Assembly: GCA_973895155.1 (NCBI GenBank)
Contig: OZ316896.1
Location: 6,376,166-6,440,165, forward strand
Origin: Marsupella aquatica
Lineage: Eukaryota; Plantae; Marchantiophyta
DNA length: 64,000 nucleotides
Reading direction: 5' to 3'
Shown here one piece after another: positions 34,396 to 47,900 of the stretch. Under the pieces are notes generated by a model that was not told the origin of the DNA, searched no databases, and saw nothing but the letters and a program-made list of their open reading frames with translations. The position numbers and the translations under genes are program-made. Each line of letters opens with the position of its first letter. The first letter of the stretch is position 1.

Positions 34396-35774
34396 AAGTG
34401 TTGCTTTTGTGGAGATGTCGTGTGTTCACGTCCTCTGATAAGCACCTTCGATCAGCAAGGTGAGCAGGAGCTGTACTTGCCTCACCAACAGCAACCAACC
34501 TTAAATTATCAGTTCCCACTCACTGTGTCATTCCATTGGTTCCAGCTAGGGGTCACAGTGTAAACAGAGCATGAAACACTCCTAATCAACTTGCTTACAA
34601 ACTACAATATCCAGAAAGAGTGAAAGTCTCACCCTCCAGTGAGCAGCAGAGAGGTAGTTCACTAGATGTGTTGATGTGCAGTTAAACCTCCACTATTGCT
34701 TACTTCTGGTGTATGCTGCTCAGAAGAAGACATATTAGTAGCAGCAAATTGCAAATAATGGCCATAAGCAAACCGTGAGAGTTTGCAGAATGCTACGACA
34801 AATCCATCACAGCAGTGCTCCACAGGAATGAAACCAAGCAAAATTTGGTGACCTCGGCCAATGACAAGGCCAATGTAGTGAACAATCCTTGACCGATCAG
34901 GATATGGATTGGAATTACAATTAGTCAGCTCTTCTTCTTTGTTTTCTAACTCTGGGGGAAATGAGCATGACCAGGGAATTCTCTGAGAAATAGAAGTGCA
35001 CAGGGAAAATGAAATTGGCTCATTCAGCTGCGCAAGACCGACCATTGCAGCATACTTGGACAGTTGTTCCGCAATACACTAGTATGACAGGAACTCAAGG
35101 AAACATTTGTGGCAATGTCTTCACAGGAAAAGAAGAATCGCTAAGTACAGTATTCTTAATAGTAGTTTCATTCTAATTCTGAAATCTACACATAGGATGG
35201 AAACCCAGGACATTTCTCATGAAAATTGAAGATCCATTCAACAACTCCATGATAGCCTATTCCGCATTGTGTCCGTCCCATGCAAGCGAGGGGTGTTCAG
35301 CCGAGCTTAGTCTAACCACGAATGATTGTTCTGGAAGCAATTGCGACAATGTTTTGGTAATTTTCTCCTACCCAACTCAATAGCTCACAAACATGGCATT
35401 GGACCCATTAACAAATTATACTTGCCATCATTCTCAACTGTATTACATGGCCCACACTGCTGATGTCCCTGACTCTTAAGGGAAACTCATCTCCTGGGCC
35501 AGCAACATCTCAGATTCTACAAAAATAAGAAACTATGAAGACTTATTGAAGTCATATCCTGTGATTGTAGCATGTATGATTCACTGGGACTGCAAGCAGT
35601 TCTAGATCCTGCTGCACTTTATATACAGCAGCAACCTGAGCTCCATGAACTTGTTTTTAATAGACGTGCGTTTGACCATGGCTACAACTCCAAAACAATC
35701 AGTCATCCAATCAAATCATAACAAAACCCACCCGCAAGCTGAATGTAGAGGATAGAGACAGAGAAAATCACCGG

Positions 35775-36014
35775 GGCAATGAAGTCGGATCACAGGGTGC
35801 GAAACTAGTACTCAACAGGGTAAGACCGATCACAGCAAACAAAGCACGGAGCTAGACCACCAAAACTCCAGCAAGACAGTGTCGTGTCCATTTATTTGTA
35901 GGGAATGAAGTCGGATCACAGAGTGTAAAACTAGTACTCAGTAGGGTAAGACAGATCACAACAAACAAAGCTAACACAACAAAGCACATAGAGGAGCAAA
36001 ACTCCAGCAAGACA
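35775..36014 (+). repeat. Diverged ~125-bp tandem duplication
   Basis: AATGAAGTCGGATCACAG...AAACTAGTACTCA...AAAACTCCAGCAAGACA occurs twice. Confidence 0.8.
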
Positions 36015-38819
36015 TAAATCAGACCTCGCAGCCTTTTGACTAGCAAAGGGAGATAGTCTACGCTTTCCATTGCTGGTCACAGCGCGACGGGCAATCAGGA
36101 TGATGCCATGCCGAGTAGAAGAACAACAAAGCATTCTATAAAAAGCACTGAGGTTGGCGTTATAGTAAAAGTGGTAGTACTTCTAGTAGCGCGACCAACT
36201 CGCTAAGTGACAGTCCGGAGTAGCTTACCTCCGAGAAGAAAGCCAGAGCAGTTTAGCAGAAATCCCCAAGAAAATCCCCACTCTGAAGATGGTAAGCTTG
36301 CAGCTGCTCCCCCGGGTGCTCCCCTCAACCTCGCCACTTCTATTCTGAGCAGCGCAGGTCCTCTCCACCCTCTCACCTTGCACCTCCTGAACAGGTGACC
36401 AGCACTATCCACTCCCACCGCAACTGTGGACGGTCCCTAAAAAAATGCAGATGACAGCGACCAATAGACAAAGGATTACATGCGTAGACCTGGCAGAAAT
36501 CTTCAGTGCAATGCTTGACTAAGCTGACCAGTATTTCTCAATAGGGTACCAAAAGCCACAGACAATACAAAAGGCAGTGACAAGCACAGGCGGTGGCAAC
36601 TAGCAAAGGCAGTGGCAAGCAAGCAATCAATGATGATAGCGGCAATCGGCAATGGCGGTGGGAGGCAGCAATAGGAATCACCTGAATGAAGTACCAATCC
36701 GCAGCGGGAGGGAATGTCAACCTTCTTGTCAATTGCAGACCACCTCCGACCTCAAGGTCTCCCTCACGTCAACACCTAAAATGTAAGTGATGACCCAATG
36801 TATCCTCCCTGATCGCAGCTCGTCCCCGCCCGCAGCTCGTCCCCACCCGCAGCTTCTCCCCGCATTGAGGTCCTCCTCGACCACAGCTCTTGCAGCTGCT
36901 AGGCCCAGCCTTTGATGGCCTTCTGCAATGTTTGCAGACAATGTCGCCTCCCTTTAAGCAGCTTGCCTTCCGTAGCAGTAGAAATCACCTATGCTCGAGC
37001 AACTTGAATGAAGTCACAACAATGGGAGCAGGCGGCGACGGGACTGTCAGCTCTCAAGCGCAACCTTCACAGCTCACTAACATTGCAGGACTGTAAAAAA
37101 TGACCGGTTCACGTTGTTACCGTAGCATCCCTGGCACACCAAATCCTTTGTCTCTAATTCCACCAACCAAGCGTTCGATGGTTGACAATGTGCAGCTGAG
37201 CTAGGAGAAGAACTGAATGATTGTGGCTGCTCTTCTCTGCAGTCCAAGCACCCGGCTGGCAGCTCCGCAAACCCTGATCGTAGCTGCAATCTCTACTCCG
37301 TTGATTGAAGAGCCTCCCTCTTCAAAGCTTGGTTGACCTAGCTCTACAATTGACGGAGCTTATCATCCTTTGCATCAAAAACCCTCCACCACCCGACCTT
37401 CCGCGTACTTCAGGAAGCTCCTTACCACCAAGCGCTTCTCGGGGATGCCTCGCAACAATGTCCTTACCACCTAACGACTCTCAAGGCTCTCCCAAACCAA
37501 TGCAAACCCCTTGCAATCTAATACACTATGTCCAAACAGAGGCAGAACTGTCAAAAGCGCTCGCAGTAGTGGACGCAGCAATGTGAAGTGAATGAGCTCC
37601 GACCTTCCCTCGCAAAATGCTTACCCTAAACTCTGCTCGTATGCTAAACTCACAAACATTCCGCAGGTCGTTCTGTCGCAAAGCACAAATGATGGGGCCC
37701 AAACGCATGGGGCGCGGACACTCGATACTTCCCTTCACAAAAACCCAGTTTCATACGATGACCAAAGCATACTCACCCTAACCCAAGACTTAGTGCAAAC
37801 AGGACCCTAAACGCTAATCCAGGGCCCGTTTCCGTTGAGTTGAGCCGTTATGCTTGATAAGTCATGGCCAGAGTCTTGATGTAGGGGAACAATGTGGACT
37901 TAATTAGGCAACAAATGAGTACATTTGGGTGAGGGTAAAGGATAACTTTAAATAAATCCCTTTGGTGACAAAGATGAGGCCACTTAATCAGTTGTGCCCC
38001 ACCCTAACCCCCCCCCCCTCCGGGCCCCCCTCATGGAATTACCTCTATCAAAAGTACCCTAAGTTATGAAAAGTACCCGTTACATGGACCTGTTTTGAGA
38101 GTTGAAAGATAATCAGAAGTAAAGGGACCATGGAGAAGAGGGGGCCAATGTAATTAAGTCAAGCATCACTCATTCAAAATCCACATGGACATAGTTGGGT
38201 ACTATATGAGACACCAGGGGACAAGACATTTTTGAAGGGTTGGCATATTTACCCTCATCCCTAAACTTGGATGTCTTGCACATAACATCCACTCTCCTAC
38301 CCCAAGTACAAAACAACTCCTAACAACTTAGGCCCAATGTAGTCACTTGTGCCCAACCATGTTCATTAAGAGCCTAAATGTTTTCATTTCACCCACATTG
38401 CATGTTGTTGGGGGTTCCATGGTCTGTTATTATAATGTAACTCCTCATGTGAACTTTGTGAAATTTAGTATTTAAGGGACCATGGAGAAAGTAGGCCAAT
38501 GGAGTAATTGGAACCATGAACCTTTTTGGTCACAAATAAGGCCATCTAATGAGTTATGCCCCTTGCTATCACCATCTTTATAGAATTAACCCTCTTCAAC
38601 ATAAGTGATCATTACCCATGTAGTGCTAGACTATTCACCGTTCACAAAGTAGCAAGGACCCTTCTCATAGTCATTTAGAGAACCATATAACACTAATAGT
38701 CTTTTATAGTTTTCAACAAAACCGACACAATGAGAGCGAGTCGTTTCAAGTATGGAAAAAGGACTTAGTGGGCTTAGTCCTATAAGGTATGGTCTAAATG
38801 GCCCCGGTTTCTACTAGTG

Positions 38820-39679
38820 GTTAGAGGAGCAAAGTACCTTGTCCTTGCAAGAGAAGATTTATCTTCTTATGTGAAAGAAAGAGCTTTGACCTCTAATACT
38901 ACTGAAGCAGTATGCAGGTTTGTACTTGAAGATATCATTGCACGTCACGGTTATTTTGTGCAAATGAGAGCAGATAGAGGAGAACTCAATTTGGATGAGG
39001 CTGCGGATTTCTTTGATCGATTCAACATCAAGCTCAAACTTACTACTGCCTACAACCCGGAAGGCAATGGGAAGATTGAGCGAGGGCACCCACCGATTGT
39101 AAATGCCTTGGTAAAGTCTTGCCAAGGAAAAGCATCAATGTGGCTAAACCTTTTATCGTTTGCTCTTTTAGCAGATTGGATGACATGCACTTCAACAACA
39201 GGATTTGCACCTATCAAATTGGTCTGTGGATATTTACCTTTAATGCAAATTGAAGAGAATGTTCAAAGTTGGAGAACAATTGATTGGAAAGATGACATCA
39301 CTCGAGAGGAATTATTGGAACGAAGGATTGAGCACTTTAGCCAGACCAAGGAGAAATTGAGGAGGCTTTACTAAGGCTAAAAAAGGCTCGTGAGAAGAAT
39401 AAGGAGCAATTTGATAAGACTCATCGTCTGAGGCCAATTCCAATCCAGAGTGGAGATTGGGTATTGATCTATGAAGCAGGACTTGAGCAACAATATTCTA
39501 CCTTAAAAAAGTTTGCACGTCATTGGAGAGGACCATTTGTTGTTGAAAAAGTCAATCCTAATGCAACCTACTTGGTTAGAGAACTGGATGGAGCGATTCA
39601 TCGCACTCCCTATGCAGGAAAGCGAGTGAAATTGTTCAAGCGGCGAACTCACTTTATGGCAAAAGAGAAAAAGTTTTGA
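38820..39679 (+). pseudogene. pol 3' part: integrase core and GPY/F module, no chromodomain
   Basis: LAREDLS, RADRGEL, AYNPEGNGKIERGH, WRGPFVVEKV...TYLVRELDG. Confidence 0.92.
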
Positions 39680-39774
39680 ACTAGATGACTTTGAAGCTTT
39701 GGATGAGGATGAAGATTATCATGATCTATAGGTGTGGTGCATCCGGAGGTTGCACAGGTTTGGTAGGGGTGATA

Positions 39775-41046
39775 TATCATAATAATTCAATTATTCATGA
39801 TGAAATCATTATCACTAAGTATATTATTTAGTATATAGGTTAAGTTTATATTTTGTTACGGGGTAACTAAATAGTTTGACTATTACTTATGTGCATGCAA
39901 GGTGAGCAAATGTGCAAGCCACAAGGTGCATGCACAAATTGTTTTAGGTGCATGCAAATTATTTTATTTGCATGCATTAGTTGTTTTATGTACATGCAAG
40001 GTGAGCAAATGTGCAAGCCACAAGGTGCATGCACAAATTATTTTAGATGCATGCAAATTGTTTTATGCGCATGCATTAGTTGTTTTATGCGCATGCAAGG
40101 TGAGCAAATGTGCAAGCCACAAAGTGCATGCATGCACAAATTGTTTTAGGTGCATGCATTAGTTGTTTTACTTGCATGCATTATTTGTTTTGATTACAAT
40201 AGTACTAGCACACATTCCTACGTTGGATGTGTGACACTTGGCTTTTATCCAAGCGTGTGGGCGTAATCCATGCCCTCTTGGATTCAATATAAATAAAGTG
40301 GTGAGGGGCACTCTCGCCTCATTCTCACATTTTTGATCATTTCCACGTCAAAGCGATCCTCTTTTTTTCTCTCATCTTTCTCTTCTATTCTTTGCCTTAT
40401 GTATATAGTAGTGGGGTATCCTTTGGCCCAAATAGCAAAAGAATGAGTGGTAGACTTATAGATGGGACCTTAGGAAACAAGGTCTCTTTGGGAACTTAAG
40501 GGTGGGACATCCTTTGGCCCGGATAGCAAAGAAACAAGAGAGTCATTATGAATCCAGGAGGGAGAGATATTCCTAATCTTCCCCTTCGTAACCCATTTTT
40601 GGTTAGAGTTGATCTTTTAGACAAGCCATCCATGAGACAACATATAACTTATCAATTTGGAGCTCAATTTGCAGCTGCTGTTATGAGTTCTAATGAGCCA
40701 ATAGTATACCCAGTAGTGTCTTACCGAGAGGAGTGGGAGTGCATTATCTTTGTCCTTTATTGAAGTCATGGATCTAAATAGGAGTCCAGATGACATTCCT
40801 ATTTTATTTTCTCTTGGAAATATTAGGATTGTATGTCGTAGAAAAATTAATTTTCGAGATGTGTTGATCCGCAAGTATGGTGAAGTATGATTTAATAGTA
40901 TATTAGTTTCACCTAAACCTTTCTTAATACCCACCACCCTTCTTACAAGAGTTATCATTTTAATTTTAGTGTAGAACTTATGGGCATGCAAGATTAACTT
41001 CATAAGAGCCAACATGCTCTTACCAAAAAACACGGTCACCCGGACA
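39775..41046 (+). repeat. 3' LTR, preceded by a degenerate PPT (GGTAGGGGTGA)
   Basis: Aligns with 15654-16912. The start TATCATA is TGTCGTG with G>A changes. Ends CCCGGACA followed by TSD CCGG. Confidence 0.93.
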
Positions 41047-44000
41047 CCGGATGGCCTATCCGGGTCTGGACCATAAGGGAGCTTGACATTGGAGTCAACG
41101 TGTGATGCCTAGCCACGAATCATTAGGCCGTGTAAAAGGTAAAATCGGGTGGTATACAATAAAACCACAAGTATAAGGGGGAGAAAAGCAAGGAAACCAT
41201 AAACAACTAAGGGTATACATGGAACCCGAGCCGAGGCCGGGAGTAAGAGGAGTAACGGCCACTAAGGATCGCTATTAGGGTTAGGGCACATTAATGTTGA
41301 TAGCTGCCGGTAATCAATGGCTCGGAGGTGCGTAGCACTCGATCCGAACCAGAAGGCCCGATGGCACGGAGTGCGCGGGGAGCATACCAAGGCAAGCAGA
41401 GCAGGCCAAAGGGGGGGTAAGGTAGGGTCACCCAGGAGTGGCGGCTCACATTTGCACCTTGATCAAGCAGAGTGCAAGCAAAAACCAATGACTGTCAACT
41501 GCAAAGGAGAACACGGGGGCATAAGCAGCTACCGAGCAACAACAGAGGAGGGAATGAGCAACATCAATCAAGCAACACATTTATGGGGATGCCTGTTCGA
41601 ACAGGCAAGTGAGTATGTTGGGACCTACGAGGAGGAAGAATCAGAAAGAGCAGCCCGCGAGCAACAGGAGCTTGCTCGGCTATGGGAATTGCAGAAGTTG
41701 GCCTTCTTAGGAGGAGAGTTCATCAAGGCTGTATTCCTATGGACATCTATTGCCGATGAGCTTGACGATCTTCTAATTCAAGACAATAGAATTGTCGGCA
41801 TCCGACAGACCATCAACAACTGCAACGACAAACATTGGGACCTAAAGAGTTGCACAACGGCGTGGACAAAAGCAACAATGTTGGAAGAATTGTCAGGAGC
41901 GGCTGAAATGAAAGAAAGATGGCCAACAATGAAGAAAACACACCGGCCAAGAGGACAAGGTCGGCAATATCAAGAAGGCTGGCCAAACAAGGGAGCTAGA
42001 GAGAGGAGGGAGCCGAGGAACCAGAAGTCAACCCAGTCAATGCGGTCCCTACCCGAGTGACACCTAGAAGGGTTGGGCGACAATAATACCACCAGCTATA
42101 TTTTGCACGAGAGGAGGATGCATGTTTTACAGCCATGCAGACCAAAAAGTACCAGGGCTTCATGGTCGGATCAGGCTTGGAGGACTTTGTTAGATTGCCG
42201 TGGCTGAAGCCGGAGGTGCTAGAGTCAGACTTACTAGAATTCGTGGGATCATGGGACCACGAGTCCAGCTCAACCAAGATCTATGGGAGGGACTTCTATC
42301 TCACCTCCAACGTAATTGCCAAAGTATTTGGCTTGCCGATGGACAACAAGGCTAAGGTAGAAACTTGGAAGAACTTGTCGGACAAGGAGTTTAGATTGTT
42401 CCCCGGGCCATCAACAAAGAATGGCTTCTTCCACAACACCTGCACCAACCCGCATATTGGAGAAATGATCGATTTCTTGCGGGTGACAATGCATTGCAAC
42501 TTGCCAAGGCCAGAGATTGGCAAAGCATAGGTTTATCTGGCAGAGAGGCCAGACCCAAGCCGGGACTACAATAGGTACCTCCTCAACCAACTAAGGAAGA
42601 TACTGAAGGAGGAACAGTAGGTGATCAGCCAAGGGAGCATGTCCCGGCTTGGTTATCACATATCGTTATTGTGCCGGTATGCCCGGAGTTGAATCTTCTC
42701 GCCAATCCTTCCCCTATAGGCAAGAGCGCCAGGAGAGGAGTTGGAGCCGAGGCTGGCAGCAAAGAAGCCCGACAGCCCCACGATAGCTTAGATCTTTTGG
42801 CAGACGCCAAAACCCGAGCCAATGCAATAACCGGCCATACAGAGCCTTCTACAAATACTAAAGAAGGAGAAGGTAACATTAGCACCAGAGGCAGCGGGAG
42901 CAGGCACTGCAAGAACAGCTAGAGGAGAACCCATGGCCGGGCCCGTGAAGAGAAGCAGGCCAGAAAATGAGTCGGGAGTGCGAAGGTATGTAGGAGACTC
43001 CAGTTCATAATCCGAGGGACATGGACCCAGGGTTCCCAATCATGAAAAGGAGAGCAGAGGCCGGGGTGGGAGCCGGAAGAGCAAACCACACGCATGCATA
43101 GTACCCGGCAGGATGTCGGGTTTGCGGCTAGTTCTAGAGAGGATCCACAGGCACCAGGACGCTCAAAAGCCGGGGAGCACATGGAGGAATACCACAAGGA
43201 CTTGGGTTACGGGTCGGATCGCTCGATTCCAGGGGTGCGGACCTATGGCCATTTTATCCCCACACTTCCAAGAGTGGTGTGTGGGGATCCACAACACCAA
43301 AAGAGCCTGGAGTCTCCCCCACCAGACATACCTCCTCCAATTTACGATGAGAGACAACACGCCGATCACGAGTTGCAGCAAAAATTCAGTGACCTGGAGG
43401 AAGCAACCCTGGCCAAGGAGAAGGATTTGCCAAGCGGAGGATGGCCGGGGGACATTTGGCGTCTTGCAGGGACTTCTACCGGGCCTTTGCCCATGTTTGA
43501 TGAGATACGGAGGGCGGCATGGGAAAGAAGGCAGCGTTGGGAGATGCGGCATCTCCTAACCACTCCACCTATGCACGTTCCAGGGCCCTGGAGTACGGAA
43601 GAATGTGTGGGCTACTTGCGGGGCTACTTGCCCTCGACATCTTTGGGGAAGAGTTGGAGACTGGACCTTTTGTCCACAAAGAGATGTTGGAGAAAAGCCG
43701 GTTGGATTACGCACTGGCCTTGGAGAGGATGAAGAAGGAGGAAGTCATCTGGCGGCTTAGAGAGAAGGAAGCCAAGGCCAGAAATTTAAAGGCGGCCAAT
43801 CAGGCCTAGGATAAGCTACAAATTAGGAAGCATGAGATAAGCATCATGCAAGGGCAATTAGCCCAGACCAAGGAGGATTTGGCCGAAGCCCTCAAGGAGA
43901 AGGAGAAGTGGAAGTAGGAGCTGAAGAAGATAGAGGCAGCTCACATAGCGGCCTGCAACAAAGCCATGACGAGTAAAGTTATATCATCAGTGATCAGTCA

Positions 44001-44404
44001 TTTCCATCAGTCGACTTGATATCAGTTGTTGCCACATCATCTCAGAGAGGCCGCCAAGATGCGGCGCCAAAAAAAATGCAATTTTTTTTTCTCAAAGTTT
44101 GATGAAGAAAAAAAACTTTTTTTGAATTTTTTTCACTATGGGTGTCCGTACCGTACGAACATCACTTCTCGGCGGGGCCAGCTGAGATGGCCAGGTGTCC
44201 GTACGGTACGGTACGGACACGGAATTTTGTCAATTTTTTTGTCAATTTTTTTTTTGTTTTGAAATTTTCAAGATTTTTTTAAAATTTATTTATTTTGTCT
44301 GCATGCCCATCTTGGCGAGGTCAGCTGAGATGCATGGAAGTGTAAAGTTGTCATCTCAGCTGCTCAGCTAAGATTCAAAAAAATTTAGCGGAAAAACTGA
44401 TAAC

Positions 44405-44602
44405 TGTTGTAAACCCTAGTTTACCCCTTAACCATAGGGCGAGAACCCTTAACCATAGTATGAGAACTCCTAACCATAGGACCAGTATAAGGGCATTTGC
44501 CTACCATGTAACCAAGGGGATATATATATCCCCTCATCAATAGTAATGGATCTTATCTTGTTGGAGTATCTTTGAGCGTTCCTTTAGTTGTCTATTACAA
44601 CA
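44405..44602 (+). repeat. Copia 5' LTR
   Basis: TGTTGTAAACCCTAG...TATTACAACA. Confidence 0.97.
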
Positions 44603-44960
44603 CGTTATCAGCACGAGCCAGTCTCTAAAATCATTTTTTTTCAAGCAGATGCAATCGAGTTTTACACGAGGAGAATGCTCGTAAAGTGGCATTTTTTTTA
44701 GAAACTGCCATAACCGTTTTTTTTTCTTGGTCTCCATTCTTTTGCCTCAGAGTTGAATTTTTTTACAAAACACGAAATTTCACATAGAGCATCAATTCGG
44801 GACCAGCATATCGAGAGTCCAAAGGACTAATACTTTATTGGCATGATTGAAAGCTCCCTCAGCTCCATATACAAGCTTCCAACCGGTCAATTGTACAATC
44901 GAGATACTTCACTCGATTCAATCTTCACCAAAGTTCTTAAATCAACTGACATCCCGAATA

Positions 44961-47900
44961 ATGAATACAGTCGAAAAATTATTATGGCCAGCACTTAAAG
45001 TCGACGGATCCAACTATTTGACGTGGATCACAGATGTCGAAACTTACTTTACATCACAAGACCTTGAAGACACCTTAGATACCGACATCGATGTCACGCT
45101 CAAACAAAAGGCTAAGGCAGCGTTTCTACTCAGGCAACATCTAACCCCTCAACTAAAGAATGAGTATATGAACGAAATTAATCCAAGAAAACTATGGGAT
45201 CTCCTCAAAGCCCGATTTGATCATATGAGGGAGATATGGCTCCCAGAGGCAAGAAGGGATTGGCATAACCTGCGCGTCATGGACCACACCACAATTGCCA
45301 ATTACAATAGCGCACTGTGCAGAATTACATCTCAATTAGAAATGTGTGGACATCCAATAAATGACATAGATAGAATCGATAAGACACTATCGACATTCCC
45401 TGAATCTAATATCACATTAGGTACACAATATAGGAACATGCGTTTCACTAAGTACTCAGATCTGATTGCTCACTTACTTGTGGAAGAGAAGCAACAGATC
45501 GTGGCCTTGCAAAACGCCAGAAAGCGCCCAGCAGGATCAGACCCCCCACCACATCGACCTGAAACCCACTACACCAATTATGAAGACAAACAACGAGGAA
45601 ATTACCGGGGCGGACGAACTCAATTCAGAGGCGGAAGAAACCAATTCAGGGGCGGGAGAAATCAATTCAGAGGACAAGGCAAACCTTATAACCGACCCTC
45701 CGGATCCAATAACACGTGGCGCAGAGGCACCATGAATAATAGAGGAAGAGGACGAAGCAACCAATACGACACTGCAAACAATTCCCAGAAAATGTGTTAC
45801 CGATGTGGCAAAATTGGCCACATTAGAAACGCATGTGCAGCCACAGAACAAGAGGCCCACAGATACATAAACGACAGAAATAAGTCCAGACAAAACCCCC
45901 AAGGACATTATATGGAGATAGAAGAAGAATTGATTGCCTCTCAGAGAGAAGAAACACAAGAACAGATAGAAGTACATACCTCTCTTACTGACTGGAAATA
46001 CCCGACATTAGACGACCCCGATACGGGCATCATCGACAGCGGAACCTCACATACTATCTTAAAACACAGCAAGTATTTCGAGGCCATCACCCCATCATCC
46101 CGCGCTATCACCACCATAGCAGGACTTAATCATATAGAAGAAGGCAAAGGACGAGCCACATTTATACTACCAGGAGGAACTAAAATCACCGTGAAGTCAG
46201 CAATTTATGCCCCGAAAGCAACCCGAAACCTCATCAGCTTCCAGGATATCAGATCCAATAACCTCCAACTGCGCACGAATACTCAGGGCAAAACAGAGAC
46301 ATTACAGATCATACAAGACATACAGGGTAAGCCATCCATTAAAGAAACATTTGCATTGATCCCCCCAGGCCTATACGCAACCAGTATCCAAACATTCCAT
46401 ATACACCAAGAATCAGAGGATATGACATACATCTGGCACTGTCGACTGGGCCACCCGGGTACCACTATGTACAACAGGATTATAAGGGACTCCAAAGGAA
46501 TCCCCAAGACAGTCAAGCCAAAGGTAAAAACAGCCTGCATAGCGTGCTCACAAGGAAAAATGACCATACGACCATCAATACCAAAAACAATATTTTCAAT
46601 ACCACAGTTCCTAGAGCAGATCAATGCAGATATCTGCGGACCTATAGACCCCCCGAGCGGCCCTTTCAAATATTTCCTGGTAATCATCGACTCATCAACT
46701 AAATGGCTGCAGATTTCATTGCTATCTACCCGCAACTTGGCATTTGCGCGGATCTTAGCACATATTCTTAAATTAAGAGCACAGTTCCCAGAGTATCCTA
46801 CAAGAAGATTAAGAGTAGATGGAGCTGGCGAGTTCACATCAAGAACATTCGACGACTTTTGCTGGGCAGCGGGCATCGATACTCAATATCCAGTTCCCCA
46901 CGTTCATTTTCAGAACGGTATAGCTGAGTCGGTTATTAAGAGACTTCAAATGGTGGCAAGACCACTGTTAATGAAGTCAAACTTACCCACATCAGCATGG
47001 GGACATGCCATCCTTCACGCAGCTGCACTAATCCAATATAGACCGTCAGCATATAACTCTAAGACACCATACCACCTGGCGTTCGGCATACCACCGGACC
47101 TGTCCCACCTACGCATTTTCGGATGCCAGGTAATGGTGCCTATCTTAGGACCAAAGAGAACAAAACTCGGACCCCAACGGAATGCAGGTATCTATGTTGG
47201 GTTTGACTCTACTTCGATCATTAGATACCTTGAACCGACTACGGCAGACCTGTTCAAGGCAAGACATCAGGACTGCCATTTTTATGAAGATCAATTCCCA
47301 CAGCTCACGAATACAGCATCAACACAATCCAAGGACACAACGAAAATGCCCATAAATTGGAAAGCAGACCAAAACAGAAATGACCCCAGAACCAAGCAGG
47401 CAGACGAAGAAGTCAGAAGACTTCTCCACCTACATGAAATGCTCGAAAAGATTCCAGACTCATTTAACGACGCTGCAAATGTCACAAGATCCCACAACTT
47501 AGCAGCTAATGCGCCATCGCGAGTACAAACCTCCTCGACACCGGCCAATGTAACAGCCCCCAGAGCAAAGCGAGGCAGACCACCAGGGATCAAGGACTCC
47601 CAGCCTCGCCAACGTAAAACTCCAGCAGCAAACTTGGGTACACCCGCGCTGGAACCAGCGATCACACTTAACGTGACAGCGATAAATCAAAACGACCCAC
47701 TGAGTGAAGAAAACGAGGAAATGTCAATCACATACATGCAAACAGGTAACATATATAAACGACTGACAACCCAAATTGATGAACAATTTGCCTATAACGT
47801 AATACAGGAAATCACCAACGATATTCCTGATCCGCTCACTATAAACGAGGCAAAGAAACAACCAGATTGGCCAAAGTGGCAAGCAGCAATACATACCGAG

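Larger units (their letters stand above)
22247..38819 (-). mobile_element. Complete 16.6-kb CACTA (En/Spm) DNA transposon with cargo genes
   Basis: TIRs CACTAGTAGAAACCGGGG / CCCCGGTTTCTACTAGTG and 3-bp TSD GTT. Subterminal AGTC(G/C/T)TT motifs at both ends. Removal restores the integrase frame MPLGV|RGAKYLVLAREDLS. Confidence 0.97.
15654..41046 (+). mobile_element. Full-length Ty3/gypsy non-chromovirus (Phygy/Selgy-like) retrotransposon, decayed, with a nested CACTA
   Basis: Two ~1.26-kb LTRs, TSD CCGG (15650-15653 / 41047-41050), PBS, PPT and gag-PR-RT-RH-INT order. RT motif FLDDMPIKGC. The lineage name is inferred from memory. Confidence 0.93.

Noticed and set aside
37305-37810. Possible exonuclease-like fragment (IHYVQTEAELSKAL)
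   Set aside because: Too short, followed by stops, and no catalytic motifs.
41275-41286. (TTAGGG)2 telomere-like repeat
   Set aside because: Only two units; expected by chance.
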